Positions 20,335-29,070 of a stretch of 64,000 nucleotides of DNA are shown in pieces. The first letter of the stretch is position 1. Each line of letters begins with the position of its first letter. The notes below the pieces were generated by a model, which saw nothing but the letters and a program-made list of their open reading frames with translations, did not search any database and was not told the DNA's origin. The position numbers and the translations under genes are program-made. Source of the stretch: Candidatus Multivoradales bacterium (GTDB taxonomy: Bacteria; Acidobacteriota; Thermoanaerobaculia; Multivoradales; JAHEKO01); NCBI GenBank assembly GCA_965223855.1, contig CBDCXM010000008.1:672001-736000 (forward strand), read 5' to 3'.

Positions 20335-22017
20335 ATGAAACTTGATAGGACGACTCCCTGTTGGATCTGGACAGCGATGCTACTCGCCGTCCCCTTTGGA
20401 GGCGTCACTGAAGAGGATCCGCGCTCATCCCTTCAGAAGGGGATCGAGCAGGCGCTAGCGCCGTGGGACAGCGACCGGACGCCTGGTGCAGCCGTGCTGG
20501 TCACTCAGGCAGGCGAGACGGTTCTCGAGTACGCGGTCGGCATGGCTGACTTGGAGCACGACGTGCCGATCACCGTCGACTCGGTGTTTCATGTCGCGTC
20601 GGACATGAAGCGCTTTACCGCAGCCTCCATATGCAGGCTCGCCGAACGAGGCAAGCTACGCTTCGACGACCTGCTGTCCGCCCACATCCCGGAGACTGCT
20701 CCGCTCGGTGAACGGATCACGCTGGATCAGTTGCTCTCGCACACGTCCGGTTTGCGGGACCAGTGGTCACTGCTGGCCATGGCTGGTTGGCGGCCGGAAG
20801 ATCTTGTCACGCACGAACAGGTACTGTCGCTCCTCTACCGCCAGGCCTCGACCAACTTTCCGCCGGGCGAAGAACAGATGTACTCAAACTCCGGGTACAC
20901 CCTCCTCGCCGAGGTCGTCTCCCGAGTGGCCGACGTTCCCTTCGCTGACTTCGTGCATCGAGAGTTCTTCGAGCCCAACGGCATGAAGCGAACGCAGGTT
21001 CGCTCCGACGTCAGGGCCATCATCAAAGACCGAGTCGAATCCTACCTTCCGAACGGCGAGGGCGGCTATCTACGCCGGCCGGTCGAGTACGAGGTTCTTG
21101 GTGCCACGGCTCTTCTGACCAGCGCGCGAGACCTTGGCCGTTGGATCGAAGGCGTCCAGGCGGGCTCTGCTCTCACATCCTTCGAGCGCCGGACAATGCT
21201 GGCCCCACGACGACTCCCCAATGGTGATCCGATGACCTACGCCTACGGTCTGTTCGAGCACGATCTGCATGGCCACTCAGCTATCGGTCATGGTGGCGCG
21301 GACGGAGGGTTCAGGAGCTACTTCCTGAGAATCCCCGACGCACAACTGGGCGTCGTCGTCCTCGCCAACACCCCCGAGATCGAGCCGAACGGACTTGCCC
21401 ACAACATCGCAATGTGGGCACTCGGGATCGGGCCCGAGGAGCCCGGCACACTGCCGGCTGACGAGGACTCCCCTCCTCCCGATCTCGATCTCCTGGTCGG
21501 TTCCTATCGAGCTCCGGCCGGTGGCTTCATGACAGTTCGGCGCTGGTTCGATCGACTGCGCCTTTGGGAGTCGCCCGAAGCCTTCGCAGACTTCACCTGG
21601 AACGGGAGCACCGGAGCTTTCGCAGACGAACTCGGCCGCTCGCTTCAGTGCGACGGGAAGAGCTGCACACTGCGTTCCCGTAGCTCCGTCTGGCACGGTG
21701 AACGTGTACCGATCCCTGAGATCGGCCAGCTTGGCGAGTTCGAGGGAAGCTACCGCAGCTCGGAGCTCGAGGCGACCTACAAAGTGTCAAGGGTCGGCGA
21801 GGATCTCGTCGCCCGCGGCGAGCGGGGAACGTATCTGGTCTTGAGCTCAAGTGGCCGGGATTTCTTCGATGGCTCCGAGTGGTACGGCAGGGAGATGCGA
21901 TTCGTTCGAGGCCCCAGTGGCGCGATTCGCGGCTTCATGCTGTCGTCGTCAAGGGCCTTTGACGTGTTCTTCGAGCGCGAGGCCACCCCCAGCTCAGGCG
22001 TCGAGAGCACTCACTAG
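20335..22017 (+). CDS. Secreted serine hydrolase (beta-lactamase/D-aminopeptidase-like) with C-terminal extension
   Basis: SDMK, LLSHTSGL, YSN and HGG motifs. Confidence 0.85.
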   Translation: MKLDRTTPCWIWTAMLLAVPFGGVTEEDPRSSLQKGIEQALAPWDSDRTPGAAVLVTQAGETVLEYAVGMADLEHDVPITVDSVFHVASDMKRFTAASICRLAERGKLRFDDLLSAHIPETAPLGERITLDQLLSHTSGLRDQWSLLAMAGWRPEDLVTHEQVLSLLYRQASTNFPPGEEQMYSNSGYTLLAEVVSRVADVPFADFVHREFFEPNGMKRTQVRSDVRAIIKDRVESYLPNGEGGYLRRPVEYEVLGATALLTSARDLGRWIEGVQAGSALTSFERRTMLAPRRLPNGDPMTYAYGLFEHDLHGHSAIGHGGADGGFRSYFLRIPDAQLGVVVLANTPEIEPNGLAHNIAMWALGIGPEEPGTLPADEDSPPPDLDLLVGSYRAPAGGFMTVRRWFDRLRLWESPEAFADFTWNGSTGAFADELGRSLQCDGKSCTLRSRSSVWHGERVPIPEIGQLGEFEGSYRSSELEATYKVSRVGEDLVARGERGTYLVLSSSGRDFFDGSEWYGREMRFVRGPSGAIRGFMLSSSRAFDVFFEREATPSSGVESTH

Positions 22018-22139
22018 ATGTCGAGTCTCGAGGCGTTGTTCGTGTTCCGTCGAGACAGCCGCCGGAGCGGCGCTGGTCTTTGGCTTCCCTGGTGCATTCG
22101 ATGTTCATTGTCGAAATGCAGTGCTCGAGCACGAGAAGA

Positions 22140-22320
22140 TTCCGGGATTGCAGGCAGCTCGGGGCGATAGCACGATCCGTTGTCGGTCAGCGAACCCTGG
22201 ATGTGGGCGCCGTGGCCTTCTCGAGCAAAGCCGCTGCGGTCTCGGTACGCGGTCGCGAACGGCTTCCACGTAGGCCGGGCATGACCGTCGCCGATGGCGA
22301 AGTGGACAAGCTCTCTGTCG
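22140..22320 (-). mobile_element. IS481-family transposase remnant
   Basis: Translates to ELVHFAIGDGHAR and LTDNGSCYR, resembling the IS481 DDE motifs. Confidence 0.6.
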
Positions 22321-22491
22321 GCGCCAAGTCCGGTGGCGTCCTCAGCGCCCCTTCCGACACTTTCCACCTCGAGACCAGGCACTCCAGGAGTGTCTCGCGT
22401 CGAGCCTGGCAAGGGCGCCGGACGGATCCGTGGAGAACAGTCGTCAGGAGGCCCAACACATGTTGAATCCCGGAGCTGTTGGCTCCGGCTA

Positions 22492-22542
22492 CTACTCGAA
22501 CCAGGGATTGCCGCCAGCGACCAGGTTGGTTCTCACCTTCAG
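22492..22542 (-). CDS. Small peptide precursor (M)KVRTNLVAG-GNPWFE, class II, CTG start
   Basis: GAAAGGGGGTG RBS 7 nt before CTG, the same spacing as the neighbouring paralog; in-frame stop just upstream. Confidence 0.75.
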   Translation of the reverse strand: MKVRTNLVAGGNPWFE

Positions 22543-22622
22543 GGCTCATCACCCCCTTTCCGAAGCATTGGGTTGAGGATGTCTACGACCGGTTCCATGC
22601 TAGGAAGTGCTAGTTGCGGTCA

Positions 22623-22673
22623 CTACTCGAACCACGGGTTCGCACCGACGACGACTTGGGTTCTCGCCTTCAC
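22623..22673 (-). CDS. Small peptide precursor MKARTQVVVG-ANPWFE, class II
   Basis: GAAGGGGGTG RBS 7 nt before GTG; paralogous to five other sORFs. Confidence 0.8.
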   Translation of the reverse strand: MKARTQVVVGANPWFE

Positions 22674-22773
22674 AGCGCACCACCCCCTTCCTTGGGTAGT
22701 TGAGAGGATTCTCGATCGCCACGCTGAGCTTCGCGTAATGCTGGTCTCTCCGAAAGCGCCGTGGAGCCTGACG

Positions 22774-22830
22774 CTACTCGAGGATGTGGGCTGTCGACTG
22801 ACCAGCCTTGACGTTGGTCTTGACCTTCAT
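22774..22830 (-). CDS. Small peptide precursor MKVKTNVKAG-QSTAHILE, class I
   Basis: AAGGAGG RBS 6 nt before ATG; family leader. Confidence 0.85.
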   Translation of the reverse strand: MKVKTNVKAGQSTAHILE

Positions 22831-22891
22831 CGTCTGCCTCCTTGCAGAGTTGAGTGGGTACGCGATCGTTGGGCGCTCCTGACAATCAGGT

Positions 22892-22919
22892 ACGCGGCGT
22901 CGACTCCCGGGTGGACTCA
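22892..22919 (-). promoter_or_regulatory. Putative promoter TGAGTC-N17-CGCGT of peptide cluster 1
   Basis: Motif match 62 nt before ATG 22830. Confidence 0.65.
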
Positions 22920-23139
22920 CGGCGCAGCCCCCCGCCTCCTGCTCACCAAGGGGCACCTGCCACCGCCAGAGGAAACTCTTCGAAGTCGGCCCGCGTCGGC
23001 ATCCTTCGAGGCTGCCGGCGTGCCAATGGGGCCCTCCGCGACTGGCGCTCTCGAGCGGTCATCTCCACACTACCCGCCCTTGCTGGGCAAGAAGCTGCGG
23101 AGACAGCAAGCCTGCGAGCAAGACAACCGAGAAAGCGGA

Positions 23140-23766
23140 CTACTCGGTTCCGGGCGGCTCGTCCGCCAGCGCCGTCAGCAGCCAGGCCTTTGCAAGACGC
23201 CAACGCCTGAAGGCGGAGGATCGCGAAAGACCAAGAACCTCACCAGCCTCGGCAATGGACAGGCCCACAAAGTAGCGCAGTTCCACCAGTCGCGCCAGGA
23301 CCGGATCGTTCTCTGCGAGCCTTTCCAGCGCGCGATCGACGTCAACGAGAATCTCCGGCTCGTAGGCTTCCAAGGCCGCTGCCGCCTCCATCGGCACTCG
23401 GCGCCATCCGTCTCCCCTCTTGCGACACGCCCGCTTACGAGCGTGATCGACGAGGACTCGACGCATGATCATGGCGGCGACGGTGTAGAAGTGAGCGCGG
23501 TTGGTCCATCTCACCGACCGCTGCCGCGACAACCGGAGGTATGCCTCGTTGACGAGAGCGGTGGGGGCCAGGGTGTGGTCCACCCGCTCCGAGCGAAGCT
23601 GGGAGGCCGCTATCCGCCGCAGTCGCCCCACCACGAGACTGAAGAGGGCGTCACGGGCGTCGAGGCTTCCCGACCTCCAGAGGTTGAGAAGCTTGGTGAT
23701 GTCCTGGCCGGCCTCCACCGGCGGAGTCTCTAGGTCTGAAGCGAGACCTTGACTCGGATGCACCAT
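23140..23766 (-). CDS. ECF sigma factor, TIGR02999-like kinase-associated type (start 23766 or 23718)
   Basis: ITKLLNLW, HTLAPTALVNEAYLRL, WTNRAHF, RRVLVDHAR..KRG, VELRYFVGLS. Confidence 0.9.
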   Translation of the reverse strand: MVHPSQGLASDLETPPVEAGQDITKLLNLWRSGSLDARDALFSLVVGRLRRIAASQLRSERVDHTLAPTALVNEAYLRLSRQRSVRWTNRAHFYTVAAMIMRRVLVDHARKRACRKRGDGWRRVPMEAAAALEAYEPEILVDVDRALERLAENDPVLARLVELRYFVGLSIAEAGEVLGLSRSSAFRRWRLAKAWLLTALADEPPGTE

Positions 23767-23875
23767 GACAAGAAAGCTAGTCGAGCCCGCTTGACCTGTC
23801 AACGAAGTGGACCGCCCTTGCCCGAGGGAACACTCGGTGGAGCACCGTCCCAAGACGCCGAAGATTCGGAGTGCC

Positions 23876-26800
23876 CTAGTCCGGCTCGAGATCCGAAAGC
23901 CTCGAATCGGCGACTCCTCGATCGAGAATCGCCCTAGCCAGAAGCCAGGCTTCGTCGCTCCTGCCCGCCCGCGCCAAAGCAAGAGCCCGAACGCGGTCAG
24001 CTTCAAGACCGGTGGCACCGCTGGTCTGCAGGAATCCGAGAGCAGATTCGGACCGACGCTCCGGGTCCGTCCATTCTGAATCGGGATCCTCCAGGTCGGT
24101 GGCCAGGATGTGGGCTGCCGCCAATTGAACCGCTAGCTCGATGGGCAAAGCTTCCACTTCCTGGCCCTCGATCACGGGGCGGAGTATTGCTGCTGCCTCC
24201 GCAGATCGACCAAGGCTCAAGTTCACTCGTGCCCAGTCGACCTTGCTCTGAACCACTTCGCCGTTGAGGTCCTCGAGAGCCGCGGATCGGATCTCCAGAG
24301 CTCTCCGCAAGAGCGGTTCAGCTTCACGACCGCGACCATCTGCGAGTCTTGCCATCCCACCCGTTCGGAGCGCATACGCCAGGTCCGGATGATCGGGTGC
24401 GGCCTTGGCCAGGACAACAGCAGCCTCTTCCGCCAGCTGTACAGCCTCCTTCCAGCGGCCTGACAAGAACTCAAGGTCTGCGATCGCTGCCCATGTCATG
24501 GCCGACCGCGGATGAGCGTGGCCGAGGAGGGAGATTCGGAGATCCAAGGCCTTCTCGAGGTTGGGGCGCGCCGCCTCGAGAAGACCCTCTTCCAGCTGAA
24601 GGGTGCCGAGGTTGTGGAGGGCAGAGGCGACTGATTCGCTTCCTACACCCAATGTGGTCTCATAAGTCCTGATCGCCCGCTGATAGAACTCGGTCGCTTC
24701 GGTGTGCCGACCCTGAAGATCGAGCAGCACGGCCAGGTTGTGAAGCTGATCCCCCAGCCGAGGGCTCTCGCCAACCTCTCTGTCGACGATCTCGAGAGAT
24801 CGCCTGAACAAGGGCTCCGCCCGATCGAGCTGACCTCGACTGGCGAAGACCTTCGCCAGATGATCGAGACCCACGGCAAGTTCGTAGCTGTCCTCGCCGA
24901 TCTTGGTTTCGAGAATCTCAACCGCTCGAGAGAGCTCTTGTTCTGCTGCACCGAACTCGCCAAGCAGCCTCAGTGACGTACCGAGTACGAGGCGCGCTCT
25001 GCCAACCAGCAGGTGGTCGTGCGGTAGGAGATCGACTCGAATCGAGACGCAGTCTTCAAAGAGGCCCTTGGCTTCCAGATACTCACCTCTTTGAACCTCG
25101 GTCTCGCCGAGCGCGAAGAGTGCATCCGCAAGTTCGAGGCTGTGTTCACCGGCAATCTGTCTTCTGGCCTCCAAGGCGCTCAGGTGCAACGCGTGGGCCT
25201 CGGCGAGGTTACCCTCTGCTGCTTCGACCCTTCCAAGGACCAACTGGAGGTCAGCGATCATGAGAGCTTCGTCGCTTCCGGACGCTTCCACCAACTGGAA
25301 GGAACGCTCGAGCTGCTCCCTGGCTTGGGCAAGGCGGCCCACGGTGCGGTCCAGCTCCGCCATCCATCGCAGCGCATCGACAAGCGCCCCTACAGAGCCG
25401 CGCTCCTCGAATGCGGCCACCGACCGGCTGAGGAAGCGTCGTGCTTCCTCGTATTCGCCCAGCCCCACGAAAGCTCGACCCAGGGCGAGCGACAGATCCG
25501 CAGCCAATTCCGCCGGCAGCTCGTCGAGTTGCGACTCGAGCTTCGATGCCCCGGCCTCTACGATCTCCTGGGCGCTCACGCCCTCTCCGAGTGGAGACAC
25601 CGGATCGGCCCGGGCGATCAGTGACACGACGTAGTCTGTCGAAGCCCGAGCACGCTTCGTCTGCGCGGCTGCCTCGTCGAGAGCCCGCGCCTTCCGCTGT
25701 ACTTCGAGGAGTAGCAGCGGGACGAAGAGCAGAACGGAGAGGGCAAGTCCGGCGACCAGCACCGAAGCGACGGGGTGGGCGCGCGCACTCCGCGAGACGA
25801 CGTAGATCAGCGAGCGACGGCGGGTGCGCAGAGGCAGACCGTTGAGGAATCTCGAGATGTCCGCGGCAAGCGCCTCCGCCGACGGGTAGCGCGCTCCAGG
25901 GGCCGGTTCTGTTGCCGCCAGCACGATGGTGTCGACGTCTCCCCTGAGCTGGCGAACGAGACGTCGTCGTCCTACCCCGCACTTCGGAAGGTCCACCGCA
26001 CTCTCGGAGGCAACGGAGTCGCTGGGTCGTGAGAGGCGGGCTTCGCCCGACCCTCGGTGCCCTCTGGCCTGCCCCGTGACCAGGTGATGTAGCAAGACAC
26101 CCAGGGAGAAGACATCGCTTGCTGTAGTTGAAGCTTCGCCTCTGAGCTGCTCTGGACTCGCATACTCCGGTGTCATCCGAGCTTCGCCCGTCTGCGTCGG
26201 CTCTACGTCGGGCTCGAGCCGCTTCGCGATGCCGAAATCGAGGAGCTTCGGACTCCCCTCGCGGGTGACGAGTACATTGCTCGGTTTGATATCGCGATGG
26301 ATTACCAGGTTCTGATGGCTGTGGTGGACAGCCCGACAGACAGGCTCGACGAGTCGTAGCCGCTCCTCGACAGTGAGGCCTTTCAACTCGCAGTAGTCAT
26401 CGATCGGTATGCCATCGACCAGTTCCATCACGAGATAGGGCCGGCCGTCGGAGAGTTCCCCGGCGGCCAACATCTTGGCGATGTGGGGGTGCTCGAGACG
26501 CCCGAGGATCTCCTGCTCGTCGAGGAAACGACGCCTGGCGCCCTCGGCCTCCAGCGGGAGGTCGAGAATCTTGATAGCTACCAGGCCATGCGCACCTCGG
26601 GCGGCGTAGACCACCCCCATGCCACCCCTGCCGATCTCACCTTCAACTTGGTAGCCCGCCACTTCGGTTGGGGCAGCCTTCGCCGTGGCCGCCTCTTCGG
26701 CCGAGCCCTCGAGCCACCCGACTGCTCTCTCCGCTGTGCTGACCAGAGCGCGAACTTCGGCGAGGAGCGCGACATCGTCAGCACACTGGTCAACCAGGAA

Positions 26801-26881
26801 CTCATCTCTCTCCGATGCCGGTAGGTCCAGCGCCGCCTGGAAAAGCTCCTCGAGCTGACGCCAACTGCTGTCGAGAGGCAC
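23876..26881 (-). CDS. Membrane Hanks-type Ser/Thr kinase with extracytoplasmic TPR array
   Basis: GRGGMGVVY, VAIK, HRDIKPSN, DFG, TPEYASPE; one TM segment; long TPR-like helical repeats. Confidence 0.92.
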   Translation of the reverse strand: MPLDSSWRQLEELFQAALDLPASERDEFLVDQCADDVALLAEVRALVSTAERAVGWLEGSAEEAATAKAAPTEVAGYQVEGEIGRGGMGVVYAARGAHGLVAIKILDLPLEAEGARRRFLDEQEILGRLEHPHIAKMLAAGELSDGRPYLVMELVDGIPIDDYCELKGLTVEERLRLVEPVCRAVHHSHQNLVIHRDIKPSNVLVTREGSPKLLDFGIAKRLEPDVEPTQTGEARMTPEYASPEQLRGEASTTASDVFSLGVLLHHLVTGQARGHRGSGEARLSRPSDSVASESAVDLPKCGVGRRRLVRQLRGDVDTIVLAATEPAPGARYPSAEALAADISRFLNGLPLRTRRRSLIYVVSRSARAHPVASVLVAGLALSVLLFVPLLLLEVQRKARALDEAAAQTKRARASTDYVVSLIARADPVSPLGEGVSAQEIVEAGASKLESQLDELPAELAADLSLALGRAFVGLGEYEEARRFLSRSVAAFEERGSVGALVDALRWMAELDRTVGRLAQAREQLERSFQLVEASGSDEALMIADLQLVLGRVEAAEGNLAEAHALHLSALEARRQIAGEHSLELADALFALGETEVQRGEYLEAKGLFEDCVSIRVDLLPHDHLLVGRARLVLGTSLRLLGEFGAAEQELSRAVEILETKIGEDSYELAVGLDHLAKVFASRGQLDRAEPLFRRSLEIVDREVGESPRLGDQLHNLAVLLDLQGRHTEATEFYQRAIRTYETTLGVGSESVASALHNLGTLQLEEGLLEAARPNLEKALDLRISLLGHAHPRSAMTWAAIADLEFLSGRWKEAVQLAEEAAVVLAKAAPDHPDLAYALRTGGMARLADGRGREAEPLLRRALEIRSAALEDLNGEVVQSKVDWARVNLSLGRSAEAAAILRPVIEGQEVEALPIELAVQLAAAHILATDLEDPDSEWTDPERRSESALGFLQTSGATGLEADRVRALALARAGRSDEAWLLARAILDRGVADSRLSDLEPD

Positions 26882-27370
26882 GAACTAGCTCCCGCCCGTT
26901 GAGGATCTGGTGCCGACACACAGGGACGGGTGGAAGACTCGCAGCCTCACCTGCTTCACACGCAGGAGGACGGCGACCGCAGGATCGGGTACCGAAAGAT
27001 CAGCCCAGGGGCGTTTCTCGGACATCAGTTTCGATCCGGTCATGGCCATAATGCTGGTTCTGAACGCGGAGCCGGGGCCATCAACTGTACCCCCTCCAAT
27101 CGTTCTCCCTACTCCAGTAAGCGCGAAGTGGGGAGTTTCGGCTCGGCCTGCGACTGGGCTGGAGGTCTTCAGGCAGCAGAATGTGACGGAGCTGCGCCGT
27201 CCGCCTCATTTCGACCGGTTCTGCGTCCCTGGGCCGCCGCCTGGTGGCGGACACCCTCAAACTCCCGGGGACGGCCAGGCTGGCTCGACAGCGAGGCGAG
27301 GCTCCTGGCCGCTCGAAGTCGGGTTCTTCTACCCGATGATCAGCTGCGCAGGGCTAGCCCCTTCTGTCAC

Positions 27371-27397
27371 GAGTCATCCGCAGCCTCGAGGCCGCGT
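27371..27397 (+). promoter_or_regulatory. Putative promoter GAGTC-N17-CGCGT of peptide cluster 2
   Basis: Motif match 62 nt before ATG 27459; downstream TGTCGGGAGTGCCCA resembles cluster 1 TGTCAGGAGCGCCCA. Confidence 0.65.
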
Positions 27398-27458
27398 CCT
27401 TGGTGTCGGGAGTGCCCAGCCCTCGATCTGAAGTTCTACCTGTGAAGGGAGGCCGTTA

Positions 27459-27515
27459 ATGAGAGTCAGAACCAACCTGCCGGCTGGCGAGTCCACAGTC
27501 GCCATCCTCGGCTAG
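27459..27515 (+). CDS. Small peptide precursor MRVRTNLPAG-ESTVAILG, class I
   Basis: AAGGGAGG RBS 6 nt before ATG; family leader. Confidence 0.8.
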   Translation: MRVRTNLPAGESTVAILG

Positions 27516-27603
27516 AACCAACGCCTCGGCGCTCTCGAGGTCGAGGCCTCGAAGAGAACTCAAACCCTCCCCAGCCCTCCATCCATAGAAAGGAGGTGAG
27601 ATC

Positions 27604-27654
27604 GTGAAGGCAAGAACCAACGTAGTCGCCGGCGCCAGTCCATGGCTTGAGTAG
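27604..27654 (+). CDS. Small peptide precursor MKARTNVVAG-ASPWLE, class II
   Basis: AAAGGAGGTG RBS before GTG; family leader. Confidence 0.85.
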   Translation: MKARTNVVAGASPWLE

Positions 27655-27890
27655 GTGCCGGTCGAAACTCACTCCGGAGTGGATTGACGGGCTGGGCCTC
27701 CTGACGCGCGATCCAATTAGTCGCTGGAGCAGGTTCACGCGGCCCCCGGGGTCCCTCCCTAGTCCAGAGCCAAACACGGCCGCTCGTCGTGATCCTTCCT
27801 CAACTCCCAAGACAAGAAGAAGGGGGCTCGCGGGCAGTCGTCCGCAAGCCACGTCGCGGTTGGCGGCCCGGACGGGCAGAGCCCCTGACC

Positions 27891-27918
27891 TGAGTTCCTC
27901 CCAGTCTCTCTCGCGCGT
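27891..27918 (+). promoter_or_regulatory. Putative promoter TGAGTT-N17-CGCGT
   Basis: Motif match 74 nt before ATG 27992. Confidence 0.6.
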
Positions 27919-27991
27919 CCTCGATCGCATGCATTGCGCGCCAAACGGACGCTCGAATCGCCCAAGCAAGAGATACAGAAGGAGCTTTCCA

Positions 27992-28975
27992 ATGATCCTG
28001 CCAGCCAGGAAAGTCGCCAGTCTGGTCGCCGTAGCGGCCCTTGCAAGCATCACCAGTCTCGGTGCCGACTCTGAGCCGCGAGCCGAGACCGTCGTCCTCT
28101 TCGATCCTCAAGCGCTGGAAACGCCCGAGAGCATCGTCTTCGACAGCCTGGACAACGCCTACATCACACTCGCATTGACCGGCCAGGTAGTGAGAGTCTC
28201 CCAGGATGGTCGCCTGACCCTTGTCACCGAGCTGCCCATCGGGGCTCCCTGTGGTTCGGTACCGACCCTGGCTGCCGGGTTGGCCGTCGATGACAACGAT
28301 CGGCTTTTCGCAGCCGTCTCGGCATGCGACCCTGCGAACTCCGGCATCTGGGAGATCGATACCGGAACCGGCGAACACTGGCTGGTTGCCGTCGCCCCTT
28401 CCTCCGTCGCGATTCTCAACGGCCTGGACGTTCACGGCGACTATCTCTACGCCGCAGACTCCCTGGCAGGCCTCGTGTGGAGAGTGTCCACCTCGGGCGG
28501 TTCGTTCGAGGTCTGGGTAGACGACCCGCTCCTCAAGATCAGGCCGGGTTCGCCCTTTCCGGGTCCCAACGGGCTCCAGTACTACAGAGGTAGCGTCTAC
28601 GTGGCGAACTCGTCGACAGGCGCCATCGTGAGGCTTCCTATTGGGAATCACGGATCTTCGGGAGAAGCCACCGTTCACGTGTCGGCATTTCCTCTAGGCT
28701 GCGACGAGTTCACGTTCGATGTCCTGGGTCGCATCTACTGCGCCACCGGACCCTTCAACAAGGTGCTGCGCCTGACCCCGGGCGATGTCCCATCGACCGT
28801 TCTCGATGCCGGTGACCTGCTCGACGTCCCCACCTCGGTGGCTTTCGGACGACGCGGGCGGAACAAGAGGTTTCTCTACATCGCCAACGCCGCCTTCCCG
28901 TTCGCCACTCAGCAGTTTCGGCCCAGCCTGATGAGGCTGCCCGTGGACATCCCGGGGGATCCTCGGGAGTACTGA
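27992..28975 (+). CDS. Secreted SMP-30/gluconolactonase-like beta-propeller
   Basis: AAGGAG RBS; signal peptide; PESI, NGL, GPNGL, DEFTFD blade motifs. Confidence 0.8.
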   Translation: MILPARKVASLVAVAALASITSLGADSEPRAETVVLFDPQALETPESIVFDSLDNAYITLALTGQVVRVSQDGRLTLVTELPIGAPCGSVPTLAAGLAVDDNDRLFAAVSACDPANSGIWEIDTGTGEHWLVAVAPSSVAILNGLDVHGDYLYAADSLAGLVWRVSTSGGSFEVWVDDPLLKIRPGSPFPGPNGLQYYRGSVYVANSSTGAIVRLPIGNHGSSGEATVHVSAFPLGCDEFTFDVLGRIYCATGPFNKVLRLTPGDVPSTVLDAGDLLDVPTSVAFGRRGRNKRFLYIANAAFPFATQQFRPSLMRLPVDIPGDPREY

Positions 28976-29070
28976 ATGTTCGATTCACTCGATCTTGGTC
29001 CGTCTGGGCCGTGTCGGAAGTCATGGCATCTCCCTTGGCTTCGCAGGCGGCCTGAAGAGTTCCGTCACTG

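Noticed and set aside
799-22017. Beta-lactam resistance genes
   Set aside because: SxxK/YxN/HxG motifs only show the serine hydrolase fold; substrate cannot be inferred
22187-22552. 121-aa ORF (MMSPEGENQ...) sharing the RBS region of the CTG peptide
   Set aside because: Its start overlaps the SD sequence; the alternative frame matches the peptide family with correct spacing
22492-22830. Regularly spaced similar units as a CRISPR array
   Set aside because: Units are divergent coding sORFs with RBSs, not identical repeats; no cas genes
22774-22956. 60-aa version of the class I peptide ORF
   Set aside because: The RBS and paralogs place the start at 22830; the extension spans the putative promoter
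22294-23733. 479-aa plus-strand ORF
   Set aside because: Antisense shadow of the ECF sigma and peptide genes; no recognisable motifs
22492-27654. ComX-like Trp-prenylated pheromone or other modified RiPP
   Set aside because: No prenyltransferase or other tailoring enzyme recognised in the window; cannot be excluded in trans
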